Translations under genes and position numbers: made by a program
The notes under the pieces: generated by a model
The model's input: the letters and a program-made list of their open reading frames with translations, nothing else
What the model was told of the DNA's origin: nothing
Database searches by the model: none
Source of the DNA: Candidatus Thalassarchaeaceae archaeon
Lineage (GTDB): Archaea > Thermoplasmatota > Poseidoniia > Poseidoniales > Thalassarchaeaceae
Length of the DNA: 15,721 bases
Assembly: GCA_030747675.1 (NCBI GenBank)
Contig: JASLKH010000046.1
Coordinates: 1-15,721 of the forward strand
Direction of reading: 5' to 3'
In this document: one piece after another, positions 1-7,784 of the stretch
Numbering within the stretch: the first letter of the stretch is position 1
Layout of the letters: each line of letters begins with the position of its first letter

Positions 1-1
1 A

Positions 2-3000
2 TTCATCCAAAATTCTGCACGAATAACTCTCAGCGACATTCAGATGCAAGATTTAGTTTCAGAAATTGATTCTAGAAATCCAGATATGAATATTATTGGA
101 GAATTGGATGCTCACAAGATTGACGTTTCAGTTTCTTCAAACACTGGAGGCACACTACAGGTGTCTGGTTTGTCGATTCCCTATCGGTATGATGCACATA
201 TTGACGGTGATGCTGCCCTGCCGATAATTGCAGCAATAAACTCCCAATTGTCACAAATTTCATCCTTAAATGGAATGAAAGAAGTCCCAATTCCAGTTGT
301 AATGGAAAATCCTGGAAAATTACTAATTTGGGATTATGGATTACAAACACTAGGGTCACCATTACCTACAGGTATGACAATGACAAACCAAACCGATACA
401 CTGGTCGCAGGTAATGATTGGTATGAATTTAACAGCAGCTTTGATTTGTCCAATATCGGAATTAACGATGCTGCTGCACAGTTTACCAGTGAGGGGTGGT
501 CTTCAGTTTTCACTTTAGGGGGGAGCGAATGGACTCGTTCTCTTCATTGTTCTTTAGTTAGTGATAGTTGCACTGCAGACCAAGGAATTATTGTCGATGA
601 GTTTTCTTATCAATTCACTAATTCGATGGTTGAGTTTTTCCATAGGATTCAGATTTCTTCAATTTGGCCTGATGAAGCCGCATTGATTGCTTCAAGTTCA
701 ATCGACATGAATGGGCCTGCTTCACAGCCAAATCAAATGAGGTTTGGTTCAGGTTGGTCAATGGGTGTAGAACAGGACATAGATGTTGTGGATTGGCACC
801 TTTCATTCATGAATGGAGCAGAATCCACTTGGGATGCTCTGTACTTTGATCCTGCAAAACCCGGTATTGTTGAGGTGGAGTTAGCGTTTGAGAATTTGGA
901 AGATTCTCCACGCTCCTCAACATTCAGCGTCTCTTTGTATGTGGATGGCGCACTTACTGATACTACTCAATCACTAAACAATGGTGTCGCAACTCTAATG
1001 TTTACTCCTAATGCATTATCATCTCAAGTTGATTTACAAATTGGGGTAACCGGCTTGTATGGTCAAGATGTTAATTGGAAAGTACCCAAAAATGCCACAT
1101 TCTTGATAGATGATTTAGCACCGGTTTTGATTTCCACAAATGTAGCACCTTTGGACCATAGGAGTACAGAATTACCATTGCAATTGAGCTTTGAAATAGG
1201 TGACAGACCAGTTTTACCACGACATTCCATTCTACATGTAGAAACTTCTTGGCAAGGTGAGGAATCAATACAATTGGAACAGCCAGCAAATATGAATGGC
1301 TTCCAAGGCACATATTCTACAATTTTTGATATCAGTGATGCAGAATTAGGAGATACAATGTCTGGTTGGCTGGAAGTTTTCGACCCTGCTGGTCACGCAT
1401 TACCAGATTCAGGTACTGAAGAAAACCCATTGTTCATTATCAGCTTTGGACCCGACGGTGCTCCGATAATTATGGAGGATGGACTCGGTTGGACTCATGG
1501 GGATAACTGGCTACATCCTGGGCAGAATTACAGTATGCAAATCCCTATTCGTGATGCCAATGGTTACGGGGATATCGAAAGCGTATCGATTGACCTTTCA
1601 TCAGATTCCAGTGAGAATCTAATTATTGATTGGAATTCTCAATCAGGTTGCTCTTCGTCCATTCCCTCAATAATAATCCAAGATTGTTTCATTGTTGGCG
1701 ATTCACATCATTTCGATCCAATGTTCACACTTGAGGTAGTCATGTCATTTGGCTGGGATTTCAACCCAGACACCTCTTTGGAGAGAAGCATTAGAATCAC
1801 TGCAAGCGATGATTCCGGACAATCACATCGAAGTGAACTTGACTCAGTCTGGCGATATTCTAGTGAGATGGAAATTGATCTTAATTCAGCAGGTTTCACT
1901 CAATCATCAGCATTCGTAGCGCCTGGCCAAACTAGTATACTCAATGCTGACATAGTCTGGACTAGAGGTGGCCAATTAGTCAATACAATTGTAGATGTAT
2001 CTGCATCAGTTGATGGTGTCGAACAATTTGGATTATCACAAAATGGAATGGTTAATCTTACACTAGTTGCACCTAACTCAACTGGAATTCACCCAATTAA
2101 ATTGGATTTAATCAATTTACCATCTGGGGCAATTGATAGAACTGATACTGAGCAAATTGTTGCATGGATGGTTGTTGACAGCAATCAGCCTCGAGTACTG
2201 CAATTATTGTCTCCAGATCCTCTTGATTTGGTTCAAGAAAGGGATTGGAAAAATTTGAGATTTGAAGTAATGGTAAATGAAACTGAAGGACTTAATCTTG
2301 ATTCATTGCGAATGAATTGGCTAATCGTTCCGCATGGCATGGCGATTCCAGAATTGGCACTCCTTGGTGGAAATGTCAGTATGGAAATCATCGCAGGAAC
2401 TGGTGCAGGAAATTCAATACCTTTGTCTGCAACTCTAGATGTAGATTCAATAGTTCCTGAGGTCAGCCGGCAGAATTCTTGGGACCTCTGGGTTTGGGTT
2501 GAGGGCGAAGATTTGGCTGGGCAGCAAATAGTTTCACAATTCAATAGCCGAACTTCTCCACTGGCGATTCTACAGTTAGCAAACCGTGATGCAGACCTTC
2601 GCTTGGATTCTGAAGGAATCATAATTGAAAGCGAATATCCCAAAACAGGTGATGCCATTGTGGTCAATGTAACAGTCTACAACGATGGACAAGTCGATGG
2701 ATTGACAAGTGTTCGAGTTGAGGTAATTGAAGATGGGGACAAGCGCCGCCTTATCGAAATCGTCAACATTGAAGTTCCAGCAAACTCATACGCCTCTTTT
2801 GAAGCAAAATGGGTTCCCGAGGATGAAGGTGCATCTTGGATTGAGATTTCAACACCAGATGGAAAGTTTGCAAGAACTAATCCTATTCAGGTTGAGAGTG
2901 GTGAATCTACTTTCGTTATAGAAAGTCTAGAGGGTGCTAGTGGAGCTATGCTCACAGGATTTGCAGTAATCACCTTTGCAATGATTGGATTGTTAGGTTT

Positions 3001-3061
3001 CTTGGTGGTCTCTGGAAAGAAGCCTCAGGATGATGATTTTGAGGATAGCGAGTTCGCTTGA
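2..3061 (+). CDS. Large membrane-anchored surface/secreted protein, 5'-partial (>1005 aa); beta-rich Ig-like repeats, probable C-terminal CARDB-like domain, C-terminal TM helix
   Basis: The frame is open from base 2 (FIQNSARITLSDIQMQ...), so the true start lies outside the window. The protein is acidic and Ser/Thr-rich. It has a CARDB-like segment (YPKTGDAIVVNVTVYNDG...VPANSYASFEAKW), then hydrophobic AMLTGFAVITFAMIGLLGFLVVSG, KK and a short acidic tail. Confidence 0.85.
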   Translation, partial: FIQNSARITLSDIQMQDLVSEIDSRNPDMNIIGELDAHKIDVSVSSNTGGTLQVSGLSIPYRYDAHIDGDAALPIIAAINSQLSQISSLNGMKEVPIPVVMENPGKLLIWDYGLQTLGSPLPTGMTMTNQTDTLVAGNDWYEFNSSFDLSNIGINDAAAQFTSEGWSSVFTLGGSEWTRSLHCSLVSDSCTADQGIIVDEFSYQFTNSMVEFFHRIQISSIWPDEAALIASSSIDMNGPASQPNQMRFGSGWSMGVEQDIDVVDWHLSFMNGAESTWDALYFDPAKPGIVEVELAFENLEDSPRSSTFSVSLYVDGALTDTTQSLNNGVATLMFTPNALSSQVDLQIGVTGLYGQDVNWKVPKNATFLIDDLAPVLISTNVAPLDHRSTELPLQLSFEIGDRPVLPRHSILHVETSWQGEESIQLEQPANMNGFQGTYSTIFDISDAELGDTMSGWLEVFDPAGHALPDSGTEENPLFIISFGPDGAPIIMEDGLGWTHGDNWLHPGQNYSMQIPIRDANGYGDIESVSIDLSSDSSENLIIDWNSQSGCSSSIPSIIIQDCFIVGDSHHFDPMFTLEVVMSFGWDFNPDTSLERSIRITASDDSGQSHRSELDSVWRYSSEMEIDLNSAGFTQSSAFVAPGQTSILNADIVWTRGGQLVNTIVDVSASVDGVEQFGLSQNGMVNLTLVAPNSTGIHPIKLDLINLPSGAIDRTDTEQIVAWMVVDSNQPRVLQLLSPDPLDLVQERDWKNLRFEVMVNETEGLNLDSLRMNWLIVPHGMAIPELALLGGNVSMEIIAGTGAGNSIPLSATLDVDSIVPEVSRQNSWDLWVWVEGEDLAGQQIVSQFNSRTSPLAILQLANRDADLRLDSEGIIIESEYPKTGDAIVVNVTVYNDGQVDGLTSVRVEVIEDGDKRRLIEIVNIEVPANSYASFEAKWVPEDEGASWIEISTPDGKFARTNPIQVESGESTFVIESLEGASGAMLTGFAVITFAMIGLLGFLVVSGKKPQDDDFEDSEFA

Positions 3062-3073
3062 TGCTTACAATGG

Positions 3074-3081
3074 TTTGAAAT
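3074..3081 (+). promoter_or_regulatory. Possible TATA-like element for the RNase P RNA
   Basis: TTTGAAAT is centred about 26 nt upstream of the predicted P1 5' end. It is a non-consensus box. Confidence 0.35.
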
Positions 3082-3102
3082 GTGAAAGGCTTCACGGTAG
3101 CG

Positions 3103-3407
3103 TGGAGGATGCAGGAGGACTGCTGACAGACTTCGAGTCTGAGGAAAGTCCCCTCTCCGTAGTGCAGGCGGTCGACACAAGTCGAGATACAGAAATGGGT
3201 CGGTCAATGGTGCAGAAACGAACGATGAGTGGTGTGTACGATGAATCCGAAAGGACGAGATTGCCATATTGTCGATGAGACGAGCAACCCCGCTGGAGCA
3301 AGTCCAAACAGTCCCGTTAATGTTGCACGCACAGGGACAGGTAGGATGCTAAGTTGAATGCAGTCGCCGAAAGGTAACAGAAAGGGGCTTACTCCCTGCA
3401 TTCTCCA
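3103..3407 (+). ncRNA. rnpB: Ribonuclease P RNA, archaeal type A
   Basis: Conserved GAGGAAAGTCC (3141-3151) and AACAGAAAGGGGCTTA (3376-3391) form P4 with the bulged U. P1 pairs TGGAGGATGCAGGAG with CTCCCTGCATTCTCCA. P2 is GACTGC/GCAGTC. P3 is the CAGACT/AGTCTG hairpin. P6 is GTGCA/TGCAC. Also present are GGAGCAAG, P16 GTCCC/GGGAC, the L15 GGT motif and a P19 GCC-GAAA-GGT hairpin. Confidence 0.96.
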
Positions 3408-3442
3408 TTATCTCTTGTATTGCACGCCAATTATTTTGGCAA

Positions 3443-6292
3443 TTAATCCAGAATCGCATCAACAGCCTTCATATTTTCATCTGTCAGTACAACGCCTTCA
3501 CCGAAATCTATGAACCCTTCTTCGCCCTTGATTTTTCGCCGTACAGTGTGGTCCAGCGTTATACAAGCGGGTAGTAAGAATACGCTTGTTAGGAAAGCAA
3601 ATCCGATTAGCAACATCATCAAAATGAAGAAATTGACCAATCCAGGGAATGCTACGAAGAACCCGGCACCCAATCCTGCTACAGTAGTGGCAGTCGTTTC
3701 GAAGATAGTCTGCCCAGTACTTTCAACAGCTCGTGAAATTCCAACAGCGGTTTCACCTTCCTCCTGAATTCGGTGCATTACGTGTATTGCATCGTCAACA
3801 CCTATTCCGAAAACAATTGTACCTATCATCGCAGTGAAGATATTTACATTCACATCTCCAGAACTCATCAGTAATGGCTGCCAAATTATGATAGTTGCAA
3901 CCGGTATCATTGTGAGGATTCCAATTCTGGCGGATCTGAATACGAAGCACAATATTATGGTAAGAATGAGAAGAGTCAGTAATGTAGTATGGCTCTGCGT
4001 TTCATGGATTCCCTCATTGATGTCAAGGCTGACTGGTAGACCACCTGTCAATGGTGAAACTCTGATTCCTGACTCCTCCATAGGCTCGCCTAGCATATCA
4101 TCGATGTCATCACGAAGCATGCTGGCGTTGTCTAGATTCATGTAAGGCTGAGTTACATAGACTAGTGCTTTGGTTCCATCAACATTGGTTAACATCCATT
4201 GCACTTCTTTGGATAATGTGTCATAGGCGACGTTTACCATGTCCTTTCGTAGATGCTTTCTTCCTTCACCATCGCTTGAAGTAGCATCAAGTAAAACCCA
4301 AGCTGCGCAATCTGGACTATTGGATTCCCAGCATTCCTCATGTAGTAGACCCCAAAGAGTTCCATCATACAGAGTCACTCCCGTGGTTGGTTCTCCAATA
4401 ACTACAGGAACAGCCTCAAGGAATGTAATCAAACTCGTGGTATTGGTGTAAGGAACTTCAGTAATTTTGTTTTCTAGAGCGTCCATTGCGTCTAACACTT
4501 CAAGCGATCGAATCTTCATGTCTTGATTGTTAATATCTTCATCATTGATATGTTGTGAAGCATCGAAAATGAATAGAGATGTTTGTCCACCAGAGAATGT
4601 ATTTGAATATTCAACCATGGCTTCCATGGAAGGAATATTGTCAGGAGTTTGGTCAGAACCAGTAATTGGTTTGTCTAATTCGTCGAGGTTACTAACTCCA
4701 GCGAGGGTTATTGCACCCGCAAGCAGAAGAACAACTGCGAAATTCTTGACAGGGAATCTCGAAATCGAACCCCACATTGGAGGGTTAGTTCGTTTGTTGA
4801 ATCTAAGTAACCACGATAATACGGGAACCAGAATCATAGAGAATACCAATGTCGCCATTATTCCTGCAACTAGTGTCATTCCGACTGAACGAATTGGGAT
4901 AATCGATACGATATTTGGAAGAATTAGTACCGAGAAACCAATGATTGTAGTTACAGCAGAGACCAATACTGCCACTCCAGTAGTCCTGGACATTTCCATG
5001 ACACAAGAGCGATAGAAATCAGGGTCCCACATGTCAGGGACTTCGTTCGGAACAAGCCCTTTTCGCCTTCTACTTTCATTTTCTTCAACAGCGGCGTCTA
5101 TACGTTTCCGCCGCACTTCTTCGATACGGTTGACCATGTGTAACGCATAATCAACCCCTAGTCCGATTAAAATCGGGAATGTTGCAATAATCATCGGAGT
5201 TAACGTCATTTCGAATAATACGGTTGCCCCAAATGTAACCGCTAAGGCCATCACAATCGGTGTTCCTGAAATGATTACAACTTTCCAGGAACGGTGTAAT
5301 AGAGTGATGATCAAGACCGTAAGGAATAGTGATATGGGCATCATGTTGAGTAAATCTAGATAAATTGCATCGGAAACATCTTCGAGGATTTTGGATAGCC
5401 CCGTTTGTGTCATATTTAGTTGATTTATACTATATTGAGTAGGCCTGTTATCTTCTTCAATGACAGTATCAATATGTGAGAAGAATTCCTTGTAATCACT
5501 CCATACTCCTGTTTCATTAATTTGGTTTGAAGAAATCATTCCTACCAAAACAGCAGTAGTGTCCCAAATACCATCACCATTAGTATCCTTAGCTAAGCCC
5601 TCCAGTGACCCGTTTGACTGATTTACGATTTCGTCGATTCTCTGTTGTTCATCAGGAATTGCGTATAATCCTCCACTAAAGCCAGGGGCTTGGCTAGCAG
5701 TTCCACAATCTACTAGTTGTGCTGTCAACCTCTCTCCAGGGTTTTCACACATCGCACTGTTGAATCTCCCATCACTAGAATTGATCTCTTTGATAATCTG
5801 AGCAATGGAAATAATCCACAATACACCATCATTCTTCCCGTGATCTTCTTTGTCCCAGTCTAATCCTCGTTTAATCTGATTATCTCCGCGATTTTCATCA
5901 TCACCCTCTATCCAAGATATTTCATGTAAAACCGAGACACTTGTGATATTGTAATCCGCTCCGAAAATGTCAGGGTCTTCTGCATTGGGCGTTTTAATGT
6001 AAATGAATGCCACATCTGTGGACCATTCTTCCCTTACCTCTAACAATAGGTCGGTAGATTCTGCTCCTTCTGGAAGGAATACTTCCACATCGTCAACAAT
6101 TTGATCTTGGAAGTTAGTACCAATGTTTCCAAGCCATAGGGACATTATTGCTAACAAAATGAATGTAGTTTTTGGCTGAGCTAAGACTTGAGAATATGCT
6201 GTATCTAGCCCCGAATCTACTTTCTCGCGAACGAGTTGGGAGTACTCTGCAAGTTTCTCTTTTGCATCTCCCATGAGTGGTGGGAAGAGCAT
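3443..6292 (-). CDS. MMPL/RND-superfamily transporter (two internal repeats, about 12 TM helices); alternative start at 6274
   Basis: The protein has two halves, each with one TM, a large extracytoplasmic domain and five TMs. It carries TM4/TM10-type motifs GLGVDYALH and GIGVDDAIH and TM-helix motifs SAVTT and TTATT. Confidence 0.92.
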   Translation of the reverse strand: MLFPPLMGDAKEKLAEYSQLVREKVDSGLDTAYSQVLAQPKTTFILLAIMSLWLGNIGTNFQDQIVDDVEVFLPEGAESTDLLLEVREEWSTDVAFIYIKTPNAEDPDIFGADYNITSVSVLHEISWIEGDDENRGDNQIKRGLDWDKEDHGKNDGVLWIISIAQIIKEINSSDGRFNSAMCENPGERLTAQLVDCGTASQAPGFSGGLYAIPDEQQRIDEIVNQSNGSLEGLAKDTNGDGIWDTTAVLVGMISSNQINETGVWSDYKEFFSHIDTVIEEDNRPTQYSINQLNMTQTGLSKILEDVSDAIYLDLLNMMPISLFLTVLIITLLHRSWKVVIISGTPIVMALAVTFGATVLFEMTLTPMIIATFPILIGLGVDYALHMVNRIEEVRRKRIDAAVEENESRRRKGLVPNEVPDMWDPDFYRSCVMEMSRTTGVAVLVSAVTTIIGFSVLILPNIVSIIPIRSVGMTLVAGIMATLVFSMILVPVLSWLLRFNKRTNPPMWGSISRFPVKNFAVVLLLAGAITLAGVSNLDELDKPITGSDQTPDNIPSMEAMVEYSNTFSGGQTSLFIFDASQHINDEDINNQDMKIRSLEVLDAMDALENKITEVPYTNTTSLITFLEAVPVVIGEPTTGVTLYDGTLWGLLHEECWESNSPDCAAWVLLDATSSDGEGRKHLRKDMVNVAYDTLSKEVQWMLTNVDGTKALVYVTQPYMNLDNASMLRDDIDDMLGEPMEESGIRVSPLTGGLPVSLDINEGIHETQSHTTLLTLLILTIILCFVFRSARIGILTMIPVATIIIWQPLLMSSGDVNVNIFTAMIGTIVFGIGVDDAIHVMHRIQEEGETAVGISRAVESTGQTIFETTATTVAGLGAGFFVAFPGLVNFFILMMLLIGFAFLTSVFLLPACITLDHTVRRKIKGEEGFIDFGEGVVLTDENMKAVDAILD

Positions 6293-6327
6293 TCAACCCA
6301 TGAAGGCTATGCCGTAAAGATTGTGAA

Positions 6328-7260
6328 TCAGGCCAAACCGAATTCCCTAATCAGTAAGTGGCGTAAGAAATTTCTAGCTGCCTGTAAAACTAGTCCTGTT
6401 GCCATCATTGCAAGGCCTAAGACTCCTATCCACACGGCAGTCAGGCCAGGCCCTACCAGGTAATCAACCGAATCCGAGAGTCCATTAACGGCATTAAGGC
6501 CCATGGCTGCACCTGTGGCGAACAATCCAAATCCAGGGAGTCCTAATACCAATAACGGTTTTTTCTGAGATAGTGAAAGCATTGCCCAGGCAAGAACTGT
6601 GAATCCGTGAGACAGTGCAGTAAAACTACTGCCCTTAGGCACATCATAGCGAATCAAAGTAGGAATTTCCTTGATTTTCAAGTCTTTTTCATGAGCATCT
6701 TCGAGCATTTCAAGTGACAATTCCATGCCTTCAGAATCAAACCTCAATCTCTCAATTGCTAATTTGGAGAACGCTCTAAATCCCGATTGTGTGTCTTGAA
6801 TACCAAGGTCACTGGAAAGATTTGAAGCCGCTGTAATCACTTTAATTCCCAATCGGCGATATGCCGGCATGTCTTCACTACCGCCGCCATCAACGAATCT
6901 ACTTCCAATGACGAAATCTGCATCTCCATCTAAAATAGGCTGGAGGATTTTAGGGATGTCATTAGTTTCATGTTGCCCGTCGCTATCTAGTACTATCAAG
7001 CAGTCAGCATCCATTTCTCTTGCTTTAGCAAACAATGATTTCAGAGCACCGCCATATCCACGGTTTACTCTATGTCTGTGAACTAATGCTCCACAGGCTT
7101 CAGCAATTCTTGCGCTTGAATCCGATGAACCATCATCAACACAAATTACTTCATCGACATGTTCGAGAACATTGGTAATCACTGTTCCAATTGTCTCTTC
7201 TTCGTTGTACATGGGTAGGCCTGCTACGATGCGTAGCGGTTGACCATCGGCCTTCTCCAT
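6328..7260 (-). CDS. Family 2 glycosyltransferase, DPM1/polyprenol-phosphate glycosyltransferase-like, with two C-terminal TM helices (310 aa)
   Basis: Motifs include LPMYNEEETI, CVDDGSSD, NRGYGGAL, DSDGQH, DFVIGSRF and DTQSGFRAF. The start is moved from 7380 to ATG 7260 because the upstream 40 codons cover a hairpin and a TATA-like box. Confidence 0.92.
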   Translation of the reverse strand: MEKADGQPLRIVAGLPMYNEEETIGTVITNVLEHVDEVICVDDGSSDSSARIAEACGALVHRHRVNRGYGGALKSLFAKAREMDADCLIVLDSDGQHETNDIPKILQPILDGDADFVIGSRFVDGGGSEDMPAYRRLGIKVITAASNLSSDLGIQDTQSGFRAFSKLAIERLRFDSEGMELSLEMLEDAHEKDLKIKEIPTLIRYDVPKGSSFTALSHGFTVLAWAMLSLSQKKPLLVLGLPGFGLFATGAAMGLNAVNGLSDSVDYLVGPGLTAVWIGVLGLAMMATGLVLQAARNFLRHLLIREFGLA

Positions 7261-7282
7261 GAAATAACGCGTTTCTGGCTCC

Positions 7283-7290
7283 AATATATG
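7283..7290 (-). promoter_or_regulatory. Putative TATA box for the GT2-MMPL unit (leaderless mRNA)
   Basis: Minus-strand CATATATT is centred about 26 nt upstream of ATG 7260. Confidence 0.45.
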
Positions 7291-7330
7291 TGATTCGGCT
7301 ACATTACAGGTCAAATATCGGAAAATAGGT

Positions 7331-7362
7331 GCCAGCCCGCCCTCCGAAAAGGGCGGACTGGC
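7331..7362 (-). terminator. Strong GC-rich RNA hairpin; terminator-like or stabilising element
   Basis: The minus strand reads GCCAGUCCGCCCUU-UUCG-GAGGGCGGGCUGGC, a 14-bp stem with two G-U pairs and a UUCG loop. It lies 10 nt after the stop at 7373 and is followed by ACCUAUUUUC. Confidence 0.55.
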
Positions 7363-7372
7363 TAATATTAGA

Positions 7373-7627
7373 TTAATCATTTAGGTGATTGATCGAAGTT
7401 ACGGCTCGGGAACCGTCTATGATTCCTGCTAGTGCGTTCAAACTTACAACTAATTGTACGTATGTCTGTCCATCGCTGGTAACATATGTGGCACAATCTT
7501 GGAAAGAATTTGTGTTTATCGAAAGCTTAACAGCTCTACCTGCGTTGGATTTTCTGACAAATCCAACTAGGGTGCTGTTTGTGCTTTGCTCGTATTCTGG
7601 CTCTGTGTTTTTTTCTGCTTTTGGCAT
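7373..7627 (-). CDS. Small hypothetical protein (84 aa from ATG 7627; TTG 7636 is an alternative start)
   Basis: SD-like AGGAG lies 9 nt before ATG 7627. The core looks globular (LVGFVRKSNAGRAVKLSIN...DGQTYVQLVVSLNALAGIIDG). It resembles, from memory, an uncharacterised Thermoplasmatota family; this is unverified. Confidence 0.8.
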   Translation of the reverse strand: MPKAEKNTEPEYEQSTNSTLVGFVRKSNAGRAVKLSINTNSFQDCATYVTSDGQTYVQLVVSLNALAGIIDGSRAVTSINHLND

Positions 7628-7761
7628 TTTTTTCAACTCCTGGAACTTCTTGGTTTTGCTGCGTCTTTCCTATCGCAACAATCATCACTGTTTGGTCAAA
7701 ACACCATGTCAATTTCTAACACAGGTCCATTGAAAGTAAATCTAGACGGCGATACTGAGGA

Positions 7762-7767
7762 TTAAAA
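7762..7767 (+). promoter_or_regulatory. Putative TATA box of the epimerase-Trx-VKOR operon
   Basis: TTAAAA is centred about 26 nt upstream of ATG 7791. Confidence 0.4.
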
Positions 7768-7784
7768 CGAATGAATAACGGCGC

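Noticed and set aside
3082-3095. GTGAA-AGGC-TTCAC inverted repeat upstream of rnpB
   Set aside because: A 5-bp arm is expected by chance.
3025-3401. Four short ORFs (3025-3267, 3030-3278, 3092-3307, 3204-3401)
   Set aside because: They overlap the RNase P RNA. The GC-rich structured RNA explains the lack of stops.
3510-5015. Plus-strand ORFs antisense to the MMPL gene
   Set aside because: They are shadow ORFs of a hydrophobic CDS with no protein-like motifs.
7261-7380. 40-aa N-terminal extension of the GT2 in the ORF track
   Set aside because: It overlaps the upstream gene's stop, the hairpin and a TATA-like box. GT2 homology starts just after Met 7260.
7389-7733. 114-aa plus-strand ORF
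   Set aside because: It is antisense to the better-supported 84-aa gene, which has an SD and a 3' hairpin.
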